From Alphaproteobacteria bacterium (GTDB lineage: Bacteria; Pseudomonadota; Alphaproteobacteria; UBA828): a DNA stretch of 64,000 nt. Under the pieces are notes generated by a model. The model was not told the DNA's origin. It worked only from the letters and a program-made list of their open reading frames with translations, and ran no database searches. Shown here piece by piece: positions 39,087-48,754 of the stretch. The stretch covers positions 1,152,001-1,216,000 of the forward strand of contig CBDEFM010000002.1 of the NCBI GenBank assembly GCA_965237415.1. The letters run 5' to 3'. Both the position numbers and the translations under genes were made by a program. Position 1 is the first letter of the stretch, and every line of letters starts with the position of its first letter.

Positions 39087-41192
39087 GATAGCGCCGAGAA
39101 GGACTAGCCCATAGATGATACTGCGCACCGCCTCGGGCAGCATCGTCCCCGTCAGCAGCGAGCCGAGCGCCGTGAACAGCAAGGCGCCGCCGAGGATGCC
39201 GACGAAGTGGCCGCGCCCGCCTGTGATCAGCGTGCCGCCCAGCACCACCACGGCGATCGACTGCAGCAGGTATGGATCCCCCATGCCGAAGAACGCCTGC
39301 CCGCTGAAGCCCGAGAGAAACACGCCCACCAGCGCGGAGCAGAAGCCGCTCAGCATGTAGGCGCCCACGATGACGGAGCCGGTCCAGACGCCGGAAAGGT
39401 GCGCGACCGTGACGCTGTTGCCGACCGCGTAGAGCCGCCGCCCGAAGGCCGTCCGGTTGAGGAAGATCGTGGCTGCGATCGCGAAGGCGATCAGGAACCA
39501 GCCGATGGGTGCGATGCCGAGCAGTCGGCCCGATACGAACCAGCGCAACACGGGCGGCGAGCCGCCGATCGGTGCGCCGTCGCTGAAGATGAGCGAAATG
39601 CCCTCGAGCAGGCCTGCCATCGCCAGTGTGACGATGATCGGCGACAACCTGAAGAGCACGATCATGAACCCGTTCAGGAAGCCGATCGCAAGGCCGATCA
39701 CCAGCGCAAGCGGCACCGCCCAATAGGCCGGACCGTCCTTGCCGAAGCAGAAGGTGGTGACGACGATGGCCGGGAAGGTGATGGCCCAGGCGACCGAGAG
39801 GTCGAGCCCGCCGGAGATGATGACCGCGCCCTGACCCAGCCCGAGGATCGCGAGAAAGGCGGTGAACAGCAGGAGGACGTTGAGATATTCGAGCGCCGAC
39901 AGGTCCCCGCCGAAAATCACCACCGTGGCGATCACGATCACGGCGAACATGACGTAGGTGGGAGAGATGTAGCGCAGCGTGGCCTGGTTGCGGGCGAGCC
40001 AGCCTGCCGCCGGGCGGGCAGAGCCGGGCCCGCCGCGCGCGTCCGCCCGCCCCAGCAGGTCCTGCAACAACCCCTGGCCCGCCGCCGTCACACTTGCCGC
40101 GGGGCTCGATGCAAGGGCCCGGGTGCTGAGCGCGCGCCTCCAGCCGCGCACGGTCTCGACCACGGGCATGTCCCGACTCAGCGAGAGGCCGAGCACGGCA
40201 AGGATCAGGATGGCGCCTTCGGCAAGCGGCACGTACCAGGTGCGCATGCCGAGAAGGAGGAAGATCGTCAGGATGATCGTGAGTGTCAGCGCACCGAAGA
40301 TGGTGCCGACGCAGCCACCGCGCCCACCGCCGATCAGCGTCCCGCCGATGACCACCGCGGCGAATATCTTAAGCAGAAACTTGGCGCCGATCAGCGGGTC
40401 GGCGGAGCCGATCTGGGCCGTCATGAACATGCCGGCGGCGCCGTAGCAGACGCCGGCGATGGTGTAGGTCCAGAACTTCGTCATCCGCACGTCGGTGCCG
40501 CTCGCCAGCGCCGACTTTTCGTCGCTGCCGATGGCGTAGATTCCGGTCCCGAGCCGCGAATTGCGCAGTGCCAGCCACAGCACGATGACGACCGCGAGCA
40601 CGATGATGGGCGCAGGCAACACCCCGGCGATGGCCTCGCCGGTGAAGAACATGCTGAACTCCCACGGCGCCTCGCCGCCTGCATGAGTCATCACCAGCAA
40701 GGCCGCACCTTGCGCGATGAACATCGTGGCGAGCGTGACGACGATTGCCGACAGGCCGAGAAAGGCGATCAGGAAGCCGTTGATCGCACCGATCGCGGCG
40801 CCCACCGCAAGCGCCAGCGCGAGCGCGGCCCCGATGAACTCGGCGCCCGAAAGCACGGCAACATCGGAAGAGAACTCGGAACCGCCGCCGAGGAACTGGA
40901 TGATCATGACGTTGACGAGCGAGATCACCGCACCTGCGGACAGGTCGAAGCCTCCGGCCAGGATGACGATGGTCTCGCCCACGGCGGCAAGCGCCAGGGT
41001 GGCGGCTCCGGTGGTGATGGAGCTCACGTCGAAATAGGTGATCCCTTCGCCCTTGATGAGCTGCAGGATGATCAGCATCACCAGGAACACACCGACCGAC
41101 ATCAGGAGGCCGCGCTGACGATTCCAGTTCACGGCAGGCAAGCCGACCCGCGGCCACCGCGACGGCGGCGGCACCAACGATCGATCGCTCAA
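39057..41192 (-). CDS. Fused double sugar-ABC permease (paralog of 34667..36751)
   Basis: Two permease halves; ends IVALRERADA. Confidence 0.88.
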   Translation of the reverse strand: MSDRSLVPPPSRWPRVGLPAVNWNRQRGLLMSVGVFLVMLIILQLIKGEGITYFDVSSITTGAATLALAAVGETIVILAGGFDLSAGAVISLVNVMIIQFLGGGSEFSSDVAVLSGAEFIGAALALALAVGAAIGAINGFLIAFLGLSAIVVTLATMFIAQGAALLVMTHAGGEAPWEFSMFFTGEAIAGVLPAPIIVLAVVIVLWLALRNSRLGTGIYAIGSDEKSALASGTDVRMTKFWTYTIAGVCYGAAGMFMTAQIGSADPLIGAKFLLKIFAAVVIGGTLIGGGRGGCVGTIFGALTLTIILTIFLLLGMRTWYVPLAEGAILILAVLGLSLSRDMPVVETVRGWRRALSTRALASSPAASVTAAGQGLLQDLLGRADARGGPGSARPAAGWLARNQATLRYISPTYVMFAVIVIATVVIFGGDLSALEYLNVLLLFTAFLAILGLGQGAVIISGGLDLSVAWAITFPAIVVTTFCFGKDGPAYWAVPLALVIGLAIGFLNGFMIVLFRLSPIIVTLAMAGLLEGISLIFSDGAPIGGSPPVLRWFVSGRLLGIAPIGWFLIAFAIAATIFLNRTAFGRRLYAVGNSVTVAHLSGVWTGSVIVGAYMLSGFCSALVGVFLSGFSGQAFFGMGDPYLLQSIAVVVLGGTLITGGRGHFVGILGGALLFTALGSLLTGTMLPEAVRSIIYGLVLLGAIVALRERADA

Positions 41193-42724
41193 GACGACTC
41201 GCCCTCGCCGAGCGCCGCGCGCATGACGGCGGCCTCCGACAGCGCCTCGCCGCTCAGCGTCGCTGCCTCGCGGCCCCGGTAAACGACCTTGACCTCATCG
41301 CAGAGGTTGACCAGCTCCGGCACGTCCGTCGAATAAAACAGCACCGCGCCGCCCGCGCTCGCGTACGCGCGAATCATCACGTAGATCTCTGCCTTGGTGC
41401 CGACATCGACGCCACGCGTCGGGTCGTACATGAGCAGGATGCGGTTCTCGGTCAGAAGCCACTTGGCGATTACGATCTTCTGCTGATTGCCGCCGCTGAA
41501 GACCCGGCACGCGGTATGGAGCGCGCGACGGTCGACCTGCACCAGATCGAGAACCCGGGAAACGGCAGCGGATTCCGCAGCCGTATCGATCATGCCGAAA
41601 CGCCTGAAGCGGTCGATGACCGGCAGCGAAACGTTCTCCCGCCCGGTCATCTCCAGCGCCAGCGCCTCCGTCTTTCGCTCCTCGGGCACGAGGCTGATGC
41701 CGATATCGGCGCGCAGCGCATCGCGTGGCGACTTGAGCGCGACCGGCTTGCCGTAGACCGAGATCGTGCCGGCCGTGGGGGTGATCATGCCGAACAGCGT
41801 GAGAAAGAGCTCGCGTTGGCCCATTCCCTCGAGCCCGGCGATGCCGAGCACGTCGCCGGGCCGGAGCTCCAGCGAGATGTCCTTGAGCCGGCCGGCCGCC
41901 GCGAGTCCCTCTGCCGAAAGGACAGGAATTGTCGCCTCGTCTTCGGTACGTGCGGGCTTCTCGGGGAAGGTCGCGGCCAGCGAGCGGCCGATCACGAGCG
42001 CGATGACCTCCTCTTCCGAAATATCGGCGACCGCGAAGCTGCCGACGTTCGCGCCGTTTCGCAGCACGGTCAGGTTGTCGCAGAGGCGCCGAACCTCCTG
42101 CATCCGGTGGGAGATGAAGACCGTGGTGACGCCCCCTTGCCTCAACCCCTCGATCAACCCCTGCAGCCATTCCACATCCTTGGCGGAAAGCGCCGAGGTC
42201 GGCTCGTCCAGCAGCAGGATCCTGGGCTCGCGCGAGACCGCACGGGCAATCTCGATCCGCTGTTGTGTGGAAAGGTCGAGTGTCGAGGTCTCCACGCGGG
42301 GGTCGATATCGTCGAGGCCCATGTCCCGAAACATCTCGCGCACGAGCTCTTCCGAGCGCCGCCGGCGCACCTGCCAGAGCAGCCGCGAGGGCTCGTAGGG
42401 CAGCAACATGTTCTGCGTGACCGTGAGGTCCTTGATCAGCGAGATTTCCTGATAGGCGGTCTGGATGCCGACGCGGTGCGCGGCCCGGGGACCACCCAGC
42501 CTCGTACTCTCGCCGAAGAGGGAGATCTCGCCGGCGTCCGGCCGGATCAGGCCGCTGAGAATCTTGACCAGCGTGGACTTGCCGGCGCCGTTCTCGCCCA
42601 ACAGTGCGTGCACGTCGCCGGGCCGGACGGCCAGCGACACATCATCCAGGGCAACCGTGGCGCCGAAATGCTTTCTTAGTCCGACGACCTCGAATGCAGG
42701 CGCCCCGCTCCCGCTCTCTTCCAC
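41189..42724 (-). CDS. Sugar ABC ATPase (two-domain)
   Basis: GENGAGKS, SGGNQQK, DPTRGVDVG. Confidence 0.93.
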   Translation of the reverse strand: MEESGSGAPAFEVVGLRKHFGATVALDDVSLAVRPGDVHALLGENGAGKSTLVKILSGLIRPDAGEISLFGESTRLGGPRAAHRVGIQTAYQEISLIKDLTVTQNMLLPYEPSRLLWQVRRRRSEELVREMFRDMGLDDIDPRVETSTLDLSTQQRIEIARAVSREPRILLLDEPTSALSAKDVEWLQGLIEGLRQGGVTTVFISHRMQEVRRLCDNLTVLRNGANVGSFAVADISEEEVIALVIGRSLAATFPEKPARTEDEATIPVLSAEGLAAAGRLKDISLELRPGDVLGIAGLEGMGQRELFLTLFGMITPTAGTISVYGKPVALKSPRDALRADIGISLVPEERKTEALALEMTGRENVSLPVIDRFRRFGMIDTAAESAAVSRVLDLVQVDRRALHTACRVFSGGNQQKIVIAKWLLTENRILLMYDPTRGVDVGTKAEIYVMIRAYASAGGAVLFYSTDVPELVNLCDEVKVVYRGREAATLSGEALSEAAVMRAALGEGESS

Positions 42725-42809
42725 GGCAGCGCGTCAGGCCCGGCGGAGGCCTCCGTACGGAACCCGCTTGCGCGGGCCCCGAACGGAAGATGCCTCGCAG
42801 GCAGCCCGT

Positions 42810-43934
42810 CTACTGACCTTCCGGTACCGTGCCCTCGAGCGCTGAGAACAGGTCGAGCTCGCTGACCCAGGGATGCCAGACATCGACGAAATAGTTCGGC
42901 GGCACCCCGAGATCGGGATGGTAGGTGTTGCAGTTGCGCTCCAGCAACTCCTCGCGCGTCCCCTCGGTGCAGACCACGACCTGGCCCGGCTCGACCAGCG
43001 GCATCGGCACCTGGGTGAAGCGCGGCGGCTCCGCACCGCCGTCGGCATAGGCCACGGCGATCTTGAGAGCGTAGGCGCCCAGCCAGGTGGGCGAGCCCAT
43101 GGAGCTGCTCTTCATGCCCAACGCGCCCGGCACCGAGCCGGGCTCGGCGATGGCAATGCGGTGGCCGTTGGTGCCGTTACCGGCGCAGGGCACGAGCTGG
43201 TCCGCCCGGCCGGCCTCGACCTGGATCTGCGACAACATGTAGCAGCCCACCTGGGTCCACAGCCCATCGATGTTGTCCCAGCCGTGGGTGGCGACGATCT
43301 TGGTCAGCTCCTGCCTGGCGTGGGCGTTGTTCCAGTTGCTGTACGCATGAACCAGGATGCTGATATCGGGGTATTGGGAGAAGACCTCCATGGCGCCGTC
43401 GGTGCGGGCGTGATCGATGTAGTGCCCGGGGTAACCGCCCATGACGATGATGCTGCCCTTGCCGCCGAGTTCCTCGGCCAGATATTCCGCGGGTCCCGCG
43501 CCGGCCCAGGTCTGATCGAGGCCGATATGGTAGGCGCAGGGCTCGGTCACCGACGCGTCGAAGGTCATCACGATGATGCCCCTCTCGCACGCCTGACGGA
43601 TCGAGCGATTGAGCGCGGTGCGCGAGTTCGGCCACAGGATGATGATGTCGGCATCGCCCTGCATCATGGCGTTGACCTGCTGGATCTGAGTCTGGATGTC
43701 GCCCCGGGCCGATTGCATGTTGAGCTCCGCCCGGTCCTTGTAGGCCTTGGTCTTGGCCATGGCGCTGATCAGGTTCTGCGCCGCATCCATCCAGGTGTTG
43801 CCCTCGAATCCCACGCTGACGAAGACCTTGTACTTGTCCTCCTGGGCCGCCGCCGGCGACGGGCCGAAGATGCCGCCCACCGCCAGTGCCAGGGCAGCGA
43901 TCGCCAACACTGCGAGTTTCGCCCGTTTGATCAT
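42810..43934 (-). CDS. Sugar-type ABC substrate-binding protein
   Basis: Signal peptide; GFEGNTWMDAA shared with 31885..33006. Confidence 0.88.
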   Translation of the reverse strand: MIKRAKLAVLAIAALALAVGGIFGPSPAAAQEDKYKVFVSVGFEGNTWMDAAQNLISAMAKTKAYKDRAELNMQSARGDIQTQIQQVNAMMQGDADIIILWPNSRTALNRSIRQACERGIIVMTFDASVTEPCAYHIGLDQTWAGAGPAEYLAEELGGKGSIIVMGGYPGHYIDHARTDGAMEVFSQYPDISILVHAYSNWNNAHARQELTKIVATHGWDNIDGLWTQVGCYMLSQIQVEAGRADQLVPCAGNGTNGHRIAIAEPGSVPGALGMKSSSMGSPTWLGAYALKIAVAYADGGAEPPRFTQVPMPLVEPGQVVVCTEGTREELLERNCNTYHPDLGVPPNYFVDVWHPWVSELDLFSALEGTVPEGQ

Positions 43935-43946
43935 GTTTTCCTCCCT

Positions 43947-44014
43947 TGGTTATGAGCCTTTGAGCAGCTCTCTTGTCGTTTGGTTATGAGCCTTCAAGAG
44001 GCTCTGTTGTTGTT
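43947..44014 (-). repeat. 2 x 34-bp imperfect tandem repeat in the binding-protein leader
   Basis: TGGTTATGAGCCTT at 43947 and 43981. Confidence 0.75.
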
Positions 44015-44036
44015 GCCTGGGGTCCCGCCCTACGTC

Positions 44037-45059
44037 TCAAGGCTGATCGGACGCCCGCTCTCCCGAGGCGCCGATGGCGGTCATCATCAGGAACTTGTCC
44101 AGCAGGTTCTTGCCCGTGGTGACCGGCGGGTACTTGGCCGGATTGTCCGCGCTCTGGCAGGCCGGGAAACATTCGATGATGGTGTCGTAGTTCGTATAGA
44201 AGAAGAAGATCATCGACTGCCGGCGGCTGTCGCTCGCCTTATCCCGCGGCGGGTTGACAACCCGGTGCAAGGTGGAGACCCAGCGGTCGTTGGTCCACAT
44301 CTGCATCTGGTCGCCGAGATTGATGCTGAAGGCATTGGGCACCACCGGCACGTCCACCCATTCGCCGTCGCGGTTCATGGCCTGGAGGCCGCCGGGCCTG
44401 TCCTCGATCCAGCAGATCGTGCAGGCGCCGAAATCGGAGTGCGCGCTGGCGCGGAACTGGTTATCCAGAGGCGGGGCGGGCTGATCCGGGTAGTTGAGGA
44501 CGCGAAACTGGCTGACGTGCCTGTCGACCCGCGTATCGAAATAGTTTTCGTCGAGGTCGAGGGCGCAGGCGAAGATTCGCATGAGCGTGAAGGCGAGGCG
44601 CTCCATCGCATCCCAGTATGCGAGCCAGATTTCCTCGAGCTCGGCAGGACGCGCGGGCCAGCGGTTCTCGACAAAGTGCTGGCCGGCTTCGCCGCAGTGA
44701 AAGTAGGGCTCGTCCGGCACATCGGGCGGGCCGACGGTCAGCGATTCCTTGAGGTCTCCGGGGCCGCGCGCGCCGCGGCTCTCGGCCAGGCACTCCTTGA
44801 GGGCAGGGCTGTAACCCCTGATGACGTCGTCCGCCCAGCGCTCGATCGTCATCTTCTCCGCCAGCGGCAGATCGAAGAAGTGCCGGCTGACGTCGTAGGT
44901 TGCCCCGGTCAGCGCCGGGTCGACCCCGTGGCCGGTGATGACGAAGAATCCGATATCCTCACACGCCTGCTTGACCTCGGCCGCCACGCGCGCCTTGCCG
45001 TCGCGGTCGCCGCCGAGAAACGGCGCAATGTCGATAACGGGAACCTGACGAAGGGTCAT
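44037..45059 (-). CDS. IPNS-like 2OG-Fe(II) oxygenase (paralog of 36855..37913)
   Basis: VPVIDI, HSD, NLGD, STLHRV, RQS. Confidence 0.92.
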   Translation of the reverse strand: MTLRQVPVIDIAPFLGGDRDGKARVAAEVKQACEDIGFFVITGHGVDPALTGATYDVSRHFFDLPLAEKMTIERWADDVIRGYSPALKECLAESRGARGPGDLKESLTVGPPDVPDEPYFHCGEAGQHFVENRWPARPAELEEIWLAYWDAMERLAFTLMRIFACALDLDENYFDTRVDRHVSQFRVLNYPDQPAPPLDNQFRASAHSDFGACTICWIEDRPGGLQAMNRDGEWVDVPVVPNAFSINLGDQMQMWTNDRWVSTLHRVVNPPRDKASDSRRQSMIFFFYTNYDTIIECFPACQSADNPAKYPPVTTGKNLLDKFLMMTAIGASGERASDQP

Positions 45060-45207
45060 TTTCCTGCCCTCGTGTCCCGGTAGGCCGGGAACCTTGCCCG
45101 CTCGCGCATTAACTCGTCAAGGCGCAAGCGCGCCGTCGGCGTTGACTGCGCTCCTGCCCGCCGTGCGAGCGGTGGGCCGGCCTGCGGTTGCCGGAGGCCG
45201 GTGGCGC

Positions 45208-46068
45208 TCAGTCGGTGTCGTTCTCGATTTGGGGCAGCGAGCGGACGTAGGCGAGAATCGCGCTGAGATCCTGGCGATCCATCGTGGCGTAGCGTTCGTA
45301 GGGCATCGGCGGGCCGAGCTCGTCACCGTCGGGCCTCAGCCCCTTGGTGATAGCCGTGCGCATCTTGCGGCTGTTCCAGCGGCCGAGGCCGGTATCCCAG
45401 TCCGGCGTGATGTTGCGCGCCACTGTCTCACCCCAGGGGCCCTCCATCTCGTGGCCGCCGGCGCCCAGCATGTTCTCGTGGTCCCGCCAGCCGTCGACGA
45501 ACGGGGTGTGGCAGTCGATGCAGTTGGCGATCGGGCCTGCCAGATATTCGCCATAGGCGCCGAGATCGTAGTAGGCGACCTCCGGCACCTCGCCGAGCGG
45601 CGGGCCGTAATCGGCGGGCAAGGGAATATCGTACTCGGACGCCGGCACCTCGTTCCTGATCGGCGGGATCGAACGCAGATAGGCGACGATGGCCTGCGCG
45701 TCGCGGTCCGAAATCCCGCGGTAGAGGGCAATCGGCATGGCGGGGCCGATGATTGAGCCGTCCGGCCGCTTGCCTTCCCTGATCGCGGCGATGATCTCCT
45801 CATCGCTCCAGCCGCCGATTCCGGTTTCGACATCGGGCGTGATGTTCGACGCGTAAGCCGTGTACTCGTCCTCCTCGAACACCAGGCCGCCGGCGAAATG
45901 CTTGTCGGCGATCTGGCCGTCCTCGTCCCATGGCGTGTGACAGACCGGGCAGGCGGCGACGCTCTTCATCAGATACGTGCCCCGCTCGAGAGGGGTCTCG
46001 GCGGCGCTCGTCCCGGCGAGCATCAACGCTGCCAGGATGATCGTCGCGGTCGCAGCAATCGTTCTCAT
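45208..46068 (-). CDS. Diheme c-type cytochrome
   Basis: Signal peptide; CPVCH and CIDCH; two internally repeated NITPD..TG.G.W domains. Confidence 0.9.
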   Translation of the reverse strand: MRTIAATATIILAALMLAGTSAAETPLERGTYLMKSVAACPVCHTPWDEDGQIADKHFAGGLVFEEDEYTAYASNITPDVETGIGGWSDEEIIAAIREGKRPDGSIIGPAMPIALYRGISDRDAQAIVAYLRSIPPIRNEVPASEYDIPLPADYGPPLGEVPEVAYYDLGAYGEYLAGPIANCIDCHTPFVDGWRDHENMLGAGGHEMEGPWGETVARNITPDWDTGLGRWNSRKMRTAITKGLRPDGDELGPPMPYERYATMDRQDLSAILAYVRSLPQIENDTD

Positions 46069-46347
46069 GGCGGCCTCCCACCGGTGGAGCTGCCTCCCCG
46101 CTTCTCACGGGGAAGCGAGGCATCCGAATGCCGCAACGGTAGCACGAGAGCCCCGCTCGCGGCGCCTTCACTTCTGTGCCGGCATGCACGATTTGCAAAT
46201 GAGGACCGGCGCCGGCGCCGTGCTCTTTCCGCCTTCTCTTGCGCCAGTGCGGGCGCTATGCTCCCGCCATTCGGAACGATACGGCCCGATCGTGCGGAAA
46301 ACAAAAATAGAAAAGTCGGCGCAGCGAGGCCACGCAGGAGGCGAGCA

Positions 46348-47439
46348 ATGACCAAGCCAGTGCTGAACTTGACCGGCGATCCCAGGGATCGGGGCCGCGC
46401 CCACGGCGAGATCATGTCGAAGGAGATCGGCCAGAACCTCGAGCGTTATCTCAAGCGTTTCCAGATCCTCGGCTTCGAGAAGGATGCACTGATGGCCGAA
46501 TCCGCAAATTGGGCCGAGGCGCTCCGTCCGAAAGACCCAATTTTCTGGGAGGAGATCGACGGCGTGGTCGATGGCTCGGGGCGCAGCCTGGAGGAGATCA
46601 CTCTCCTCAACGTGCGCTACGAGATGCTCGTCAACATGATGAAGAGCAATGCACAGGCGCAGTTTCAGCCCACCGCCATGGACGCCTGCACGTCATTCGC
46701 GGTGCTGCCCGAGCGCTCGAAGAATGGCGAAACCATGATCGGCCAGAACTGGGACTGGGTGAGGGACATCAACACCGTGGTCTCGCGGGTGAAGAGGGAC
46801 GACGGGCCGGACTTCATCCACATCGGCGAGGTCGGCACAATCGGCGGCCTGCAAGGCGTCAACGAGAATGGCATCGGCGTGGTCATCAACGCGCTGCTGA
46901 CGCCGGAGGACGGCAAGTACGAATACGAGAAGCCCTACCGGATGCGGGTGCGCGACATCCTCAACGCGCGCAACATGCAGGAGGCGATTCTCGGTGTCTG
47001 CGGCACCAACCGCTCGGTCAGCATGAACTTCCTCATCGCCCATGAGGACGGCATCGCCATCGACATCGAGACCAGCCCGGACAAGGAGGCGTTCATTTAT
47101 CCCGCGGACGGGTTGCTCACGCACTCCAACCATTTCTGCGAGCTCGACGTGGAGTCCGAGGTGGTGAAGCTCTGGCCGAACACCATGTACCGCCACGTAC
47201 GCCTGGAACGGTTGCTCAGGCAATCGCAGGAGCTCGACTCCGACACCATCAAGACGGCAATGGCGGACCACTTCGCCTATCCGCATTCGATCTGTGCGCA
47301 CTATGACGAGGACGAGGCGGAGACGCTGCGGCTGCAGAGCAATCATTCCATCATGATCTCGCTGAAGCAGCGGACGCTTCACATCACCGATAAGCATCCC
47401 TGCGAGTCCGGCTACGAGGAGTATCCCCTCGCCGCGTAA
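46348..47439 (+). CDS. C45 family autoproteolytic acyltransferase/peptidase (Ntn hydrolase)
   Basis: RGRAHG, LNVRYE, A|CTS cleavage site, GQNWDW, HSNHF. Confidence 0.85.
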   Translation: MTKPVLNLTGDPRDRGRAHGEIMSKEIGQNLERYLKRFQILGFEKDALMAESANWAEALRPKDPIFWEEIDGVVDGSGRSLEEITLLNVRYEMLVNMMKSNAQAQFQPTAMDACTSFAVLPERSKNGETMIGQNWDWVRDINTVVSRVKRDDGPDFIHIGEVGTIGGLQGVNENGIGVVINALLTPEDGKYEYEKPYRMRVRDILNARNMQEAILGVCGTNRSVSMNFLIAHEDGIAIDIETSPDKEAFIYPADGLLTHSNHFCELDVESEVVKLWPNTMYRHVRLERLLRQSQELDSDTIKTAMADHFAYPHSICAHYDEDEAETLRLQSNHSIMISLKQRTLHITDKHPCESGYEEYPLAA

Positions 47440-47530
47440 GCGCGTCGGCCTTGTGGCCCTGATGCCGGCCCGGCACCGGGAGTTTCTGCCGGTGCCGGCT
47501 TCGCCCGCAGGTGTCTGAGGGGAGGGAGCC

Positions 47531-47875
47531 GTGTGCGCGTTCTGCGCGATGATGGCCGACGGCAGCGTTCACTGGACCGAGGCCGGAACCGACGCCGGCC
47601 AGTCAGGCGCGCCGGAGAGCGGGCGCGAGCGCTACCTCGGCCGGCTGCGCCGTGTCTCGCTGGTCAACCGGATCCTCGACCACTATGGCTGCCAGGCGTC
47701 GGACTGGGCCAACAACCAGTACGTCGTCCGCAGCCTCGCCGGCCGCACAACCATGGTGGCGCACCTGCCCCAGGTGTGGGCGGCAGCGGAGGAAATCGCC
47801 GGGCGCCCGCTCGACCCCCTGGACCCGGCCCTGCTCGATGCGCTGCGCCGCGCCGACGTGGCGCTTAGCGAATAG
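47531..47875 (+). CDS. Small hypothetical protein with N-terminal CxxC
   Basis: GGAGGGAG RBS, GTG start, MCAFC...HWTE...DPLDP. Confidence 0.65.
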   Translation: MCAFCAMMADGSVHWTEAGTDAGQSGAPESGRERYLGRLRRVSLVNRILDHYGCQASDWANNQYVVRSLAGRTTMVAHLPQVWAAAEEIAGRPLDPLDPALLDALRRADVALSE

Positions 47876-47917
47876 CCCGGAATTCTCGCCAAGGTCACGG
47901 CCTTCGCGGCGGCGTCT

Positions 47918-48754
47918 TCACGCTCTTTCCTTGCGCGCGAAGAGCATCCAGAAGGCACCGCAGATCAGGATCAGGCTGGCCACCAGGGCAAGCGTGTTGA
48001 GCGCATAGATCAACGGCACGTTCGACGAGTGGGAGGACGCCTGCGCCCAGGCGTAGAGCGGAAGCGTGGTCTTGCGGCCACCGACATAAATGCTGCGCGA
48101 GAGCTCGTTGAACGACAGCAGGAACCCGAAGAGCCCGGCGGCGACGATACCCGGTCGCAAAGCCGGATATTCGATATGCCAGAAACGCTCCCAGGCGCCG
48201 GCGCCCAGGTCTGCCGCGGCATCGAGCAAGCGCGTATCGAAGCGTGACGCCATCACCACCACGGCGAGCAGGGAGAAGGGAAAGGCCCACACGAAATGGC
48301 CGATCCCGAGCGACCAGTACCCGAGCTTGAATCCCATGAACGAACGGAAATACATGAAGAGCGCGGTCCCCATGATCACGCCCGGCACGAAGAGCGGCAG
48401 AATGACGGCGAAGAGCACCGGTCCGCGACCTCTCATGTGGGGCAGCGCCCGGCCGACCAGGGTCGCGCTCACCATCGACGCCAGTCCGACCACCGCGGCG
48501 ATGACCAGGCTCAACCACAAGGGATCGACCCACTTCCTGCTGCGGAAGAGCCGCTCGTACCACTCTCCGGTAAAGTCGCCAGGAATGCCGCCCAAGGGCT
48601 CCGACGTGGCGGACATCAGCGCCAGCCAGACGATCGGCGCATAGATCAAACCGATGATCACATAGCCGGGGCAGGCGGCGAGCCAGCTTCGCCAACCTTC
48701 GTCGAGGTTGCGCTGGCGCTTGACGCGCGGGCCGGGCCGGGACGCTCCGCTCAT
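47918..48754 (-). CDS. Polyamine-type ABC permease (PotC-like)
   Basis: DAAADLGA EAA loop, SFNE, TLP. Confidence 0.88.
   Translation of the reverse strand: MSGASRPGPRVKRQRNLDEGWRSWLAACPGYVIIGLIYAPIVWLALMSATSEPLGGIPGDFTGEWYERLFRSRKWVDPLWLSLVIAAVVGLASMVSATLVGRALPHMRGRGPVLFAVILPLFVPGVIMGTALFMYFRSFMGFKLGYWSLGIGHFVWAFPFSLLAVVVMASRFDTRLLDAAADLGAGAWERFWHIEYPALRPGIVAAGLFGFLLSFNELSRSIYVGGRKTTLPLYAWAQASSHSSNVPLIYALNTLALVASLILICGAFWMLFARKERA

Noticed and set aside
36855-47439. Penicillin-like biosynthetic cluster (IPNS-like plus C45 acyltransferase)
   Set aside because: No ACV synthetase or other NRPS; both families are widespread and the context is importers and catabolic enzymes.
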